DNA of 64,000 nucleotides from Anaerolineaceae bacterium (GCA_002702705.1 PABH01000019.1:55192-119191); one strand, 5' to 3'; shown: positions 8,749 through 18,858, counted from the stretch's first letter. Translations and numbers: made by a program. Notes: generated from the sequence alone by a model not told the origin.

Positions 8749-9846
8749 ATGAAAAAACTAATTGTTGTACTCGTTTTATTATGTATATTGACCGTAAGCG
8801 GATGTGATAAAACTGAGTCTACGGCTGAAATCCCTAAGCCAACGAATACCCTTATACAAAAAACCCCATTGGTAGTTTTTGCTGCTGGTAGTTTAATTAT
8901 TCCATTCCATGAGTTGGAAATAGCTTTTGAAAAACAATATCCAGAAATCGATGTTCTAGCAGAATATCATGGTTCGATTCAGGTCATGCGGCATGTAACC
9001 GAAATGCACCATCAAATCGATGTGGTTGCTACAGCTGACTCCAATTTGATCCCGATGTTAATGTATGCAGTAGATGACCCTGAAACAGGTCTGCCGTATG
9101 CAAATTGGTATATTAATTTCGGGACTAATCGACTAGCATTAGCATATACTGATCGAAGTAATTACACGGAACAAATAAACCGAGAAAATTGGGCAGAAAT
9201 TCTATCAAAACCTGATGTTGTATTTGGTTTATCCGATCCTCGTTTTGATGCAGCTGGATACAGATCTTTAATGGCTTTTGCTTTACAAGAGGATTACCTG
9301 GGTCAGTATGGATTGTTTAAGAATATGTTTAATGACCAGTTTAAAACACCAATTACACTTTTTCGCGAGGATGAATTGGCATTGATTATAGTTCCTGAAA
9401 TTTTGGACACGAATCCAGCGGGACATGTTCTCATGCGGGGCGCATCTATCCAATTGATTGCCTTGTTGGAATCCGGTGATATTGATTATGCTTTTGAGTA
9501 TGAATCAGTCATTAAACAACATGGTTTATCTTACTTGATTTTGGATGATCGAGTTAATTTAGGTTCATTTGATGCGGTAGATTTATACGATAATGTTGAA
9601 GTCAAGCTCGATTTCCAGCGTTTTCAGTCGGTTGATCCACAATTTATTGGTGAGCCCATCCGTTACGGGATCACTATTCCTACTAACGCCATTCATTCGG
9701 ATGCTGCAACTTTATTTATTGAATTTTTGTTAAGTGATACCGGAAGAGAAATCTTATTGGAAAATCAACAGCCAATGTTTGAAACTTACTCGGTTGATGG
9801 CTATGAAAATATGCCGGAAAATTTAAAAAATATTCTAACTCCTTAA
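8749..9846 (+). CDS. wtpA: Tungstate/molybdate ABC transporter substrate-binding lipoprotein, WtpA type
   Basis: Lipoprotein signal MKKLIVVLVLLCILTVSGC. WtpA-like blocks VVFAAGSLIIPF, EYHGSIQVMRHV, DVVATADSNLIP and NWYINFGTNRLALAY are present. The start may instead be the TTG at 8722, 10 nt after GGGAGG. Confidence 0.75.
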   Translation: MKKLIVVLVLLCILTVSGCDKTESTAEIPKPTNTLIQKTPLVVFAAGSLIIPFHELEIAFEKQYPEIDVLAEYHGSIQVMRHVTEMHHQIDVVATADSNLIPMLMYAVDDPETGLPYANWYINFGTNRLALAYTDRSNYTEQINRENWAEILSKPDVVFGLSDPRFDAAGYRSLMAFALQEDYLGQYGLFKNMFNDQFKTPITLFREDELALIIVPEILDTNPAGHVLMRGASIQLIALLESGDIDYAFEYESVIKQHGLSYLILDDRVNLGSFDAVDLYDNVEVKLDFQRFQSVDPQFIGEPIRYGITIPTNAIHSDAATLFIEFLLSDTGREILLENQQPMFETYSVDGYENMPENLKNILTP

Positions 9847-9879
9847 CGATGATAAATTACTGTTTCCTTGGAAAGAATT

Positions 9880-10701
9880 ATGGATAAACTTATCTCGTTC
9901 GTAAAAATCTTTGAGGTTAAAAAAACAGGGGGAAAATTAAATATCATTTTTATCATTTTGATGGTTTTACTGCTGCTTTTTATCCTAACTCCATTAATCG
10001 GCACAATTTTTTCCATTTCAATAAAAGATTTTATTTCCTTATGGGTTGATCCTGAAGTGATAAACTCGATTCGACGCACGTTTTGGGCTGCATTTTTGGC
10101 TGTGTTTTTTTGTGGGTTGGTAGGTATTCCCACCGCGTATCTCTTGGCGCGATTTGCATTTCCGGGTAGGGGTGTTTTACAGGCCTTTGTAAATATCCCG
10201 TTGGTTATCCCACATACTGCGGCTGGTGTCGCGCTGTTGTTAGTATTTGGTCGATACGGTATATTTGGGAAATTCTTTCAACAGGTTGGGATCGTTTTTA
10301 CCGATCGATTGGCAGGAGTTGTTGTTGCAATGGCATTTGTAGGCGTGCCTTTTTTGGTGAATGCATCGCGCCAGGCATTTGCCTCCATTGATATAGATTT
10401 GGAGAGTGCTGCCCGAGTCGATGGTGCTTCCGGATGGCAGGTGTTTCGTTGGATTACGTTGCCTTTGGCATGGCGGGGTATATTAAATGGAGCCGTGATG
10501 ATGTGGGCGCGTGGTGTGAGTGAGTTTGGTGCTGTAGCGATCATCGCCTATCATCCTAAGATTGTACCGGTTTTGGTTTTTGAACGCTTTCAAGGGTTTG
10601 GGTTAAAGGCAGCTTTACCTGTGACCGTGTTTTTGATTTTAGCTGCAGTATTGGTTTTTATTTTGTTAAGCACGGTCTTGTTGCCGCGGGAAGAAAATTA
10701 A
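9880..10701 (+). CDS. wtpB: ABC transporter permease (WtpB/ModB type)
   Basis: Six-TM ORF immediately after wtpA. The EAA-like loop is ESAARVDGASGWQVFRWITLPLAWRG. The start is either ATG 9880 or TTG 9868. Confidence 0.75.
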   Translation: MDKLISFVKIFEVKKTGGKLNIIFIILMVLLLLFILTPLIGTIFSISIKDFISLWVDPEVINSIRRTFWAAFLAVFFCGLVGIPTAYLLARFAFPGRGVLQAFVNIPLVIPHTAAGVALLLVFGRYGIFGKFFQQVGIVFTDRLAGVVVAMAFVGVPFLVNASRQAFASIDIDLESAARVDGASGWQVFRWITLPLAWRGILNGAVMMWARGVSEFGAVAIIAYHPKIVPVLVFERFQGFGLKAALPVTVFLILAAVLVFILLSTVLLPREEN

Positions 10702-10812
10702 AAAAACGCGAATTAAACTGAAGAAATTCGTATCCATGTTTATAAAAATCCTTGTGAATAATCCTTAATTATCGGTATGATAGATTTACAAATCAATTCA
10801 GGAGGATTAAAA

Positions 10813-11022
10813 ATGAAAATTAGCGCAAGAAATGTATTAAAAGGAAAGGTCATTAAAGTTGAAAAAGGATCGGTTAATTCGGAAGTTGTTTTAGAGCTTC
10901 CTGGTGGAGTCCAGGTGGTTTCAATTATCACCAATAATTCCGTTGACTCTTTAGGTTTGGAAGAAGGAAAACAAGCTTTTGCTGTTATTAAAGCATCGAA
11001 TGTCATGATTGCAATAGAATAA
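10813..11022 (+). CDS. mop: Molbindin (Mop) / stand-alone TOBE-domain molybdate-tungstate binding protein
   Basis: AGGAGG RBS at 10801-10806. The 69-aa product MKISARNVLKGKVIKVEKGSVNSEVVLEL..VVSIITNNSVDSLGLEEGKQAFAVIKASNVMIA is a classic Mop/TOBE sequence. Confidence 0.85.
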   Translation: MKISARNVLKGKVIKVEKGSVNSEVVLELPGGVQVVSIITNNSVDSLGLEEGKQAFAVIKASNVMIAIE

Positions 11023-11457
11023 AGATATTCATTCAATAAAAAAATAAATTTTCTGAAGTGGATCCAAGGATTAAAAAGCAACCCATTTGAAGGTATTGAT
11101 CGGATGACAATCAATGCAGGCAATAACGGTTGCTGAAACAATTAATCTTTGTAAATATTATCAAGTGTTGAGAATTTTTAGAATTATTTTGTGGACTATG
11201 TAACGCTGTAGTGAATATAACCTCGTATATTATTGGTATATTTTGAGATTCTTTCTTGTTAAAAGTCAGATCGGTATTTTTTCCTTCCAACTCACCGGGG
11301 GATAGTAATGGTGCATGATTAATAAAAAATTTTATGCTCAGAAAATACTAATCCGGTAAAAATTGTATAAAAACAAAAAGGTAGAAACTACGTGGACTGT
11401 TTTTTGTAAAAAAATATGTCATAATGTTAGCACTTACAAATTGTTTTTGGAGGATAC

Positions 11458-14361
11458 TTGATTAAATTTCCAAAAATTAACTTAGCTGCAAGAATTGGTT
11501 TGTTATATCTGCTTTTCAGCACGCTTTGGATAATTTTTTCAGATAAAATTGTTGCCGGATTTACGCAAGACGCGGAAAAAATCACGGAGTTGCAAACTTA
11601 TAAAGGGTGGATCTTTGTTTTTTTAAGTGCAATGTTAATTTACCTTTTAATTAAGCACGAAATGAAAAAACAACAAAAGATTCATCAGGATTTGGTTCAA
11701 AATACAGAACGTTTTAATTCTATCGTCAATAATCTATTGGAAGGTGGGCAATTGATTGGGTTTGATTGGCGATATTTATACCTAAATAAAATGGCGGAAA
11801 AGCATAACCGTCGGCCAAATGAAGAGTTATTAGGGAATCGTGTGATGGATATGTGGCCAGGGATTGAAAATAATCCGGTTTTTCCTGCAGAAAAAATTTG
11901 TATGGAGCAACGCATTCCACAATTATTAGAAAATGAATTTGAATTTCCAGATGGGTATCGAGGATGGTTTGAACTTCAAATTATACCTGTTCCCGAAGGT
12001 ATTTTTATTTTATCCATCGACATTACTGAGCGGAAAAAAGCAGAAAATGCGAGATTAATCGCAGCTCAAAAATTAAAAGAATCAAATATTAATCTGGCGA
12101 AAGCTTATCATAGTTTGGAATTAAGTGAGGAAAAATACCGCGAATTATTTATGAATAATCCCCAGCCGATGTGGGTATATGATCTGGAAACTTTAGCATT
12201 CCTAATGGTGAATGATGCCGCAGTGCACCAATATGGTTACACCCACGAAGAGTTTTTAAAAATGACCTTATTAGATATTCGTCCTTCTGGGGAAACTGAT
12301 TCATTATTAGATAATATAAAGACGAATACTGAAGAATATCAACAATCTAGTCCGTGGACGCATCGTTTGAAAAATGGAGATATTATTTTTGTTGAAATCA
12401 CATCACATAAGTTGACCTATCAAGGGAGAAATGCTCGATTTGTTATGGCACAAAATATTACGCGGCGATTACAAGCAGAAAGTGAATTAAAATTACAAAG
12501 CACTGCTCTAAATTCCGCTGCAAATTCTATATTGATCACCGATGTCACTGGTAAGATTGTTTGGGTGAATCCTGCATTTGAAAAATCCTCCGGTTTTTCA
12601 TTTGACGAGGCAATGGGAAAAACCCCAGGTACATTAATTCGCTCTGGTGTGCAAAACAAAGAGTTTTACAAAAACATGTGGAAAACAATTTTACAAGGAG
12701 AAGTATGGCGAGGAGAAGTTGTTAACCGTAATAAAAATGGAATCTTATTTATTGTTGATGAATCCATCACACCGGTCAAGGATTCATCCGGAAAGATTAC
12801 CCATTTTGTTTCAATTCGTCAGGATATAACAGAAAGAAAAAAAACAGAAAAAGAATTATACGAAAATGAAGAACGTTTGCGCCTGGCATTAATGGCTACC
12901 AATCAGGGTTTATTTGACCTAAACGTTCAAACTGGTGAAGCGGTTGTGAATGATATGTACGCCATCATGTTAGGGTATGATCCGGAACAATTTGATGAAA
13001 CTAATGATCGTTGGAAGGAACGACTGCATCCTGAGGATCTTGAACGAGTTAGCCAAAATTATGCTGATTATATACAGGGAAAAATTCCCGAGTATCGGGT
13101 GGAATTTCGCCAACAAACAGCAAATGGCGATTGGAAATGGTTATTGGCGATTGGAAAAATTGTCGAATATGACCGGAATCAAAAACCGCTTCGTATGTTA
13201 GGTACCCACACCGATATCACGGAAAGCAAACACAATCAGCTCGAAATTGCCCGTTTGTTAGAAGAATCGGAGCGTCGATTAAAACGCCTCAGTGCTTTAA
13301 GAAATATTGATATGGTGATAATGACGAATCTGGAACTTAAAAGCACATTAAATATAATTACCCAACAAGTTATTACACATCTCAACGTTGATGCGACATC
13401 AATTTTGTTGTTTGATAAATCGGAACAGGAATTTTCTTATGTATCCGGTTTTGGTTTTTTGACACAAAAAATGAAAAGCGGAAAGATTAACCTTGGTGAA
13501 AGTTTAGCTGGCAAAGCAGCATCAGACCGAAAAATGTTATACATTCCGGATGTGGAACAAGCAACGATCGATGAACAGTTCTTTAATATTCTGAGGGAAG
13601 AGGAGATAAAGACCTATTTAGGATTACCATTGTTTGCCAAAGGGAAATTAATGGGTATTCTGGAAGTTTATCAGCGAACACCGCTCTATCCTACACAAGA
13701 GTGGTTTGATTTTTACGAAACATTAGGTGGCCAGGCTGCCATTGCGATTGAAAATGTTCAACTTATTGGAAATCTTCAAAGGTCAAATGTTGAATTAAAT
13801 CAAGCCTACGAGGCCACCATTACAGGCTGGTCCATGGCATTGGATTTAAAAGATCAGGAGACCGAAAATCACACGTTAAGGGTGATGGATTTGATGCTTA
13901 ATTTATGTAAAAAGCTGAACTTTTCCGAGGAAAGTCTAATTCATGTGCGTCACGGAGCATTATTACATGACATTGGAAAAATGGGCGTCCCGGATCAGAT
14001 TTTATTAAAAACCGGTAAATTAACCGATGAAGAATGGGTTAAAATGCGTGAACATCCAATCCATGCCTATAATATGCTTTACCCAATTGAGTACTTACGT
14101 CCAGCACTTGATATTCCTTATCTCCACCACGAACGGTGGAACGGCTCAGGATATCCCTTGGGCTTAAAAGGAAAAGAGATCCCATTGGTGGCGCGTTTAT
14201 TTGCAATTATTGATGTATATGATGCGCTAACGAGCGACAGACCATATCGTAATGCCTGGTCGAAAGAAAAAACAATCAGTTACATCCAGGAAAATAGTAA
14301 TATATTATTTGATCCGGAACTGGTCACAATATTTTTGGATTATTTGAAGGAAGAGCAATAA
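11458..14361 (+). CDS. Multi-PAS / GAF / HD-GYP c-di-GMP phosphodiesterase-type sensor
   Basis: TTG start after a GGAGGA RBS. N-terminal TM helices, at least four PAS blocks each followed by ITERKK-type linkers, and a GAF block. The HD-GYP signature is HDIGKMGVP ... HHERWNGSGYP. Confidence 0.85.
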   Translation: MIKFPKINLAARIGLLYLLFSTLWIIFSDKIVAGFTQDAEKITELQTYKGWIFVFLSAMLIYLLIKHEMKKQQKIHQDLVQNTERFNSIVNNLLEGGQLIGFDWRYLYLNKMAEKHNRRPNEELLGNRVMDMWPGIENNPVFPAEKICMEQRIPQLLENEFEFPDGYRGWFELQIIPVPEGIFILSIDITERKKAENARLIAAQKLKESNINLAKAYHSLELSEEKYRELFMNNPQPMWVYDLETLAFLMVNDAAVHQYGYTHEEFLKMTLLDIRPSGETDSLLDNIKTNTEEYQQSSPWTHRLKNGDIIFVEITSHKLTYQGRNARFVMAQNITRRLQAESELKLQSTALNSAANSILITDVTGKIVWVNPAFEKSSGFSFDEAMGKTPGTLIRSGVQNKEFYKNMWKTILQGEVWRGEVVNRNKNGILFIVDESITPVKDSSGKITHFVSIRQDITERKKTEKELYENEERLRLALMATNQGLFDLNVQTGEAVVNDMYAIMLGYDPEQFDETNDRWKERLHPEDLERVSQNYADYIQGKIPEYRVEFRQQTANGDWKWLLAIGKIVEYDRNQKPLRMLGTHTDITESKHNQLEIARLLEESERRLKRLSALRNIDMVIMTNLELKSTLNIITQQVITHLNVDATSILLFDKSEQEFSYVSGFGFLTQKMKSGKINLGESLAGKAASDRKMLYIPDVEQATIDEQFFNILREEEIKTYLGLPLFAKGKLMGILEVYQRTPLYPTQEWFDFYETLGGQAAIAIENVQLIGNLQRSNVELNQAYEATITGWSMALDLKDQETENHTLRVMDLMLNLCKKLNFSEESLIHVRHGALLHDIGKMGVPDQILLKTGKLTDEEWVKMREHPIHAYNMLYPIEYLRPALDIPYLHHERWNGSGYPLGLKGKEIPLVARLFAIIDVYDALTSDRPYRNAWSKEKTISYIQENSNILFDPELVTIFLDYLKEEQ

Positions 14362-14515
14362 TAATAAATCTTGAATTATCTGGATCGGATTTCCCTATAA
14401 ATACAGACAACCGGGCTCATGAATGAACCCGGTTATCGTAAAAAGAGGGTTTGAAACTGCATAACAAAACATATACTTTAGTGCCCAATTAAAAAAAATT
14501 GCATATAATAATAAA

Positions 14516-15133
14516 ATGAAAGTAAGCATAGGAAAAGCAGCAAAATTAGCAGGAGTTCATCCAGAAACATTACGGCGATGGGAAAAAGCCGGATTGATTG
14601 AAGTTGAGCGAACACCCACAAACCGGCGATTGTATGATGTTGGTCAGTTGTTGAAAATCAAACCGTGGATCGAAAAGACAGAACGAAAAAAAATAGGATA
14701 CGCGAGAGTAACAAGTACGGATCAAAAAGCAGACCTTGAACGACAGGTATCGTTATTTGAAGCCTTCTGGGCAGGGAATGGGTGGACATATGAAATCCTA
14801 TCCGACTTAGGATCTGGGATGAACTACAACAAACGTGGATTACAAAACCTGATCAAACACATATGTTACGGTGATGTGGGAAGGATAGTCATCACACACA
14901 AAGATCGATTATTGCGGTTTGGTGCGGAGTTGATTTTTACGATATGCGAACATTTTAATGTAGAAGTGGTTATTATAAATCGAGGAGAACAACCAATCAG
15001 CTTTGAAGAAGAATTGGGGCAGGACGTGTTGGAAGTCACAACTGTTTTTAGTGCCAGATTATACGGCAGTCGCAGTCACAAAAATCAAACACTGGTCGAA
15101 AGTTTGAAAGAAGCGGCAGAAAGCCTGGAATGA
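14516..15133 (+). CDS. tnpA: IS607-family transposase, serine recombinase with MerR-like HTH
   Basis: N-terminal HTH is IGKAAKLAGVHPETLRRWEKAGLI. The resolvase catalytic block is GYARVTSTDQKADLERQ. 205 aa. Confidence 0.9.
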   Translation: MKVSIGKAAKLAGVHPETLRRWEKAGLIEVERTPTNRRLYDVGQLLKIKPWIEKTERKKIGYARVTSTDQKADLERQVSLFEAFWAGNGWTYEILSDLGSGMNYNKRGLQNLIKHICYGDVGRIVITHKDRLLRFGAELIFTICEHFNVEVVIINRGEQPISFEEELGQDVLEVTTVFSARLYGSRSHKNQTLVESLKEAAESLE

Positions 15134-16359
15134 AAATCACACGAGCCTACAAAACCGAGTTGCATTTAAACAACCAACAAAGGACAGCCTGTCTGAAACA
15201 TGCAGGCGCAGCCAGGTTTGCATACAATTGGGGATTGGGGAAAAAGATCGAGGCATACAAACTGGGGGAAAAGACACCGAGCGCGAAAGATTTACACCGC
15301 GAGTTAAACCTCCTAAAAAAAGGAGAATTATCGTGGCTGTATGAGGTGTCAAAGTGCGCCCCACAAGAAGCATTACGGAATTTAGATAAAGCCTATGCCA
15401 ATTTCTTTCGGAGGGTAAAGACACAAAAGGGAAAGAAAGCTGGTTTCCCCCAATTTAAAAATAAAAAGGGAGGGGCGGGTAGCTTTCGTCTTACCGGAGC
15501 GATCCGGATAGAAGAACGGTTGATACAACTACCACGATTGGGAAAATTGCGGTTGAAGGAAGCTGGTTATATCCCGACATCAGGGATGCATGTGTTATCG
15601 GCCACAGTAAGTGAGAAGGCTGGGCGGTGGTATGTGAGTGTACAGGCAGAAGTAGAATTACCCGATCCATCCCCAAAGTCTGATGTGGTGTGTGGGGTAG
15701 ATTTGGGAATAACCAGGCTTGCGACCATCAGTGATGGGGCAGTATTTGAAAACCCAAAAGCCCTGAAACGATCCCTCACGAAGATCAAACGGCTACAACG
15801 GGTGGTATCTCGCCGGAAGAAAGGCAGTGCTAATCGTAAAAAGGCAGTGCAAAAGTTAGCAAAGGCACATCAGAAAGTTGCAAACATACGCAACCATTCC
15901 ATTCATCAAGTTACCAGTTTTCTGGCGAAAACCAAGTCAGTCGTGGTGCTTGAAAATCTCAATGTAAGTGGGATGATGAAAAACCATCGCCTTGCACAAT
16001 CCATTTCCGATGTGGGTATGTATGAGTTCAGGCGACAGCTCCAATACAAAGCCAATTGGTATGGCTGCAAACTTCATTTCGCAGATCGGTTTTTCCCTTC
16101 GTCTAAGACCTGTTCATCGTGTGGAACGGTTGCTGCTAAACTAAGCCTCAGCCAGAGGACATTCCACTGTGCCACCTGTGGATTCGAAATTGACCGCGAT
16201 TTGAACGCTGCTATCAATCTCTCTAATTTGTTTTTCACTACCGCAAGTTCTGCGGGAAGTCACGCCTGTGGAGAGGATGTAAGACCTGCTTTTTCGCAGG
16301 CAGACCTCGTTGAAGCAGGAACAAAACCTCAAACTACTCCTGTGAGTATGTTTGTGTAA
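15130..16359 (+). CDS. tnpB: TnpB (OrfB) RNA-guided endonuclease-family protein
   Basis: N-terminus is typical: RAYKTELHLNNQQRTACLKHAGAARFAYNWGL. RuvC motifs are intact: GVDLGITRLAT (D), VVVLENLNVSGM (E), EIDRDLNAAINL (D). Zinc finger CSSCG...CATCG. Confidence 0.9.
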   Translation: MKITRAYKTELHLNNQQRTACLKHAGAARFAYNWGLGKKIEAYKLGEKTPSAKDLHRELNLLKKGELSWLYEVSKCAPQEALRNLDKAYANFFRRVKTQKGKKAGFPQFKNKKGGAGSFRLTGAIRIEERLIQLPRLGKLRLKEAGYIPTSGMHVLSATVSEKAGRWYVSVQAEVELPDPSPKSDVVCGVDLGITRLATISDGAVFENPKALKRSLTKIKRLQRVVSRRKKGSANRKKAVQKLAKAHQKVANIRNHSIHQVTSFLAKTKSVVVLENLNVSGMMKNHRLAQSISDVGMYEFRRQLQYKANWYGCKLHFADRFFPSSKTCSSCGTVAAKLSLSQRTFHCATCGFEIDRDLNAAINLSNLFFTTASSAGSHACGEDVRPAFSQADLVEAGTKPQTTPVSMFV

Positions 16360-16391
16360 GTTTTTGAGGACGGAGGAGAATTATTACAGGT

Positions 16392-18023
16392 TTATGGGTG
16401 GCTTGAAAGCGTGACATCAACCGTAATGGTTTTTTGGTCCCGTATGATGGATAAAGTAACTTCATCACCGGATTCGTAATTCTGTAAGGTTTGGCGCAAC
16501 GCTTCAATACCATCAATTTCTGTATCATCAACTGCGGTGATTACATCACCACCAATCATTATTTCTTGCCCACGAATTGTGAGCGGTTTGGTGCTGCCAA
16601 TCAATCCTGCTTCTTCTGCCGGACTGCCTTTTGCAATTTCGACAATCAATACACCTTTTTGATCAGGGTTTAAGTCCATTGCATTGGCAACTTCTTCAAC
16701 CAATGTGCCGCCCATAATTCCCAGATAAGCCTGACCAGCTGAGGGTGCTTCCAAGGCAGCTTGTGGTTGTTGGGTTACGGTCGGGCGGGCACCCAGGGTA
16801 ATTGTCAGCTGTTGTGCTTTGCCATCACGTAGTATATCTAGAGTAATTTCTTGTCCGGGTTGTGTTTTACGTGCCAGGTAGGAAACTAAATCATCAAATG
16901 AGGTAACTTTTAGTCCATCAATTGCGGTAATAATATCGCCGCCAATACTGATTTGTGTACCTTTATAATCATAGGTTGTATCACTGCCGCGTAAGCCACC
17001 AACATCTGCAGGACCATCTGGAACGATGGTGTTGACCAAGATACCTTGGGTTTCACGATCCAAGTCCATTGCTTCAGCAATATCAGCTTGTAAGGTGCCG
17101 CCAGATATTCCTAACCAGGCGTGTTCATAAGTCCCATCCTTGATTAAAACAGGGACAACATTCGTGACGATATTGGCTGGTACAGCGTACCCAATGCCAG
17201 CATTTGAATTGCTGTCGGATGTAATCGCTGTCGTTACACCAATTACCTGTCCTAAATCATTTAACAATACACCACCAGAGTTTCCCGGGTTGATTGCAGC
17301 GTCAGTTTGTATAATGTCTGGGATGGAGTAGGTCCCGTTTGTATCAATCGATTGTACAGGTAACGAACGTCCTAATGCACTGATGATTCCAACTGTCATG
17401 GTGCCATCCAATCCAAAGGGGTTGCCGATGGCAACTGCGGTATCCCCAACCTGAACTTGATCGGAATCTGCAACTGCGACGGGATTTAATTCGCTGCTCG
17501 GCGCATCAATTTTAATGACAGCCAGATCAGAAGCAGGGTCGGCACCTACCAATTCAGCAGTGTAGATTCGCCCGGTTTCGAATACAACCTCAATTTCGGT
17601 GGCATTTTCTACCACATGATTGTTTGTAACAATATGGCCATCTTTATCCCAAACAAAACCAGAGCCCAAAGCCTGTTGGATAGGCGGCTGTTGATTGTTT
17701 GATTGAGGTAATCCAAAGGGTAACTCGACACCACCGGTTTTACTAACCTGAATATTTACTACAGAGGGATTTACAACTAAATAGAGCTGTTGTAAAGAAT
17801 TTTCGCCCACTGCTTGAGGTTTGACCTCATTGACCATTGGTGTAGGTTCAATCACCTGCACCGCTTGTGCCGTGCTTTCTACCATGGTTTTGTCATTCGT
17901 CAGGGCATCTCCAAGTCGCGCTACGGCACTTAATGGTGCACATGCGCCCATTACTAAAGCGGAAACAACGATAACGGATAAGATCAATAATTTTGACCTT
18001 GAGATTTGTTTTTTCATTTTCAC
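16392..18023 (-). CDS. htrA: HtrA/DegP-family serine protease with two PDZ domains
   Basis: N-terminal membrane anchor. Catalytic triad contexts TNNHVV, SDLAVIKI and GNSGGVLLN. Two PDZ-like blocks follow (GILVNTIVPDGPADVGGLR; GVLIVEIAKGSPAEEAGL). Confidence 0.9.
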   Translation of the reverse strand: MKMKKQISRSKLLILSVIVVSALVMGACAPLSAVARLGDALTNDKTMVESTAQAVQVIEPTPMVNEVKPQAVGENSLQQLYLVVNPSVVNIQVSKTGGVELPFGLPQSNNQQPPIQQALGSGFVWDKDGHIVTNNHVVENATEIEVVFETGRIYTAELVGADPASDLAVIKIDAPSSELNPVAVADSDQVQVGDTAVAIGNPFGLDGTMTVGIISALGRSLPVQSIDTNGTYSIPDIIQTDAAINPGNSGGVLLNDLGQVIGVTTAITSDSNSNAGIGYAVPANIVTNVVPVLIKDGTYEHAWLGISGGTLQADIAEAMDLDRETQGILVNTIVPDGPADVGGLRGSDTTYDYKGTQISIGGDIITAIDGLKVTSFDDLVSYLARKTQPGQEITLDILRDGKAQQLTITLGARPTVTQQPQAALEAPSAGQAYLGIMGGTLVEEVANAMDLNPDQKGVLIVEIAKGSPAEEAGLIGSTKPLTIRGQEIMIGGDVITAVDDTEIDGIEALRQTLQNYESGDEVTLSIIRDQKTITVDVTLSSHP

Positions 18024-18251
18024 CTCTTAAATTAATATTTTTTTCTCGAGCATAAGGATACCGAGTTTCATGGGGTTTGTCTTTAAAAATACCTTGTGCC
18101 AAGCTTAAGATGAGCTTAAGAAGGTAGGTATTGGCCAATCGCTCATCAATTATATAGAGTTCGATACTGTACTTTTCGGCAGGTATAAATACTTCTACAG
18201 GACGATAGCTTTGTTTAGAAAATTAAATTAAACTTGTTAATGGAGGTATGT

Positions 18252-18737
18252 ATGAAGAAAAAATATCTATGGGGGATAATACTACTAAGTTTTATCTGGA
18301 TAACCGGATGTAATTCTGAACAGTACCAAACTACAAAACCTACTTTAGATTTTCTGGTAAGTTTTCAAGGATTCCAAAATGGCGAAACAGAGATATTGCT
18401 CCAAGTCTTAAGCAACGATGGAAATATTCCAGCAGATGAAAATTTTGATGGACAATATATTTTGTATTCGGCAGATGGTACGGTTTTATCCAAGGCTCAT
18501 ATTAAAGGCTCGCCAGCTTTAATTGAGGGAGAACCTGAAGAAATAATTCGGATACAAACTCGCTTAGATACGGAAGAATACGTTGTCGTTTGGGGAGTTC
18601 CGGATTATGGTGCAAAGGTAGTGAAAATGGAAATGGTAGATATAGGTCCTAGTTCGATCATAGAACCAAGACTGATTCAAAGTATTTCTTTGCAAGCGTT
18701 GCCGGAAGGATTTCCAGATGTAGGTGCCTTAAGATAA
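18252..18737 (+). CDS. Hypothetical lipoprotein
   Basis: GGAGG RBS at 18242-18246. Signal peptide with lipobox WITGC. No recognisable family. Confidence 0.55.
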   Translation: MKKKYLWGIILLSFIWITGCNSEQYQTTKPTLDFLVSFQGFQNGETEILLQVLSNDGNIPADENFDGQYILYSADGTVLSKAHIKGSPALIEGEPEEIIRIQTRLDTEEYVVVWGVPDYGAKVVKMEMVDIGPSSIIEPRLIQSISLQALPEGFPDVGALR

Positions 18738-18858
18738 AAGAGATTATTGTTTGAAATTAATTCAAATAACAATTAAATATGTTGATATAAATCCAACTAT
18801 TGCGTGATATACTAGAACTAGTGTTCTTGTAATGATCCGTTTTAGAAAGGAGTATTTC

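Larger units (their letters stand above)
14435..16391 (+). mobile_element. IS607-family insertion sequence (tnpA serine recombinase plus tnpB); exact ends not determined
   Basis: tnpA and tnpB overlap by ATGA (15130-15133). The pair sits in the convergent intergenic gap between the HD-GYP gene (stop 14361, hairpin 14409-14434) and the htrA stop (16392). I found no convincing terminal inverted repeats, which is normal for IS607. Confidence 0.75.

Noticed and set aside
10740-11141. 133-aa minus-strand ORF opposite mop
   Set aside because: The plus strand encodes a textbook Mop/TOBE protein with an AGGAGG RBS. The antisense product is featureless.
14409-14434. Hairpin AACCGGG...CCCGGTT as a rho-independent terminator of the HD-GYP gene
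   Set aside because: The stem is only 7 bp with a poorly paired interior, and it is not followed by a T-tract. I used it only as a soft left bound for the IS.
14362-16391. Terminal inverted repeats or target-site duplication for the IS element
   Set aside because: Only weak 7-nt matches (AAACATA / TATGTTT) were found near the ends, which is not convincing. IS607-family elements characteristically lack TIRs, so the ends are left undefined.
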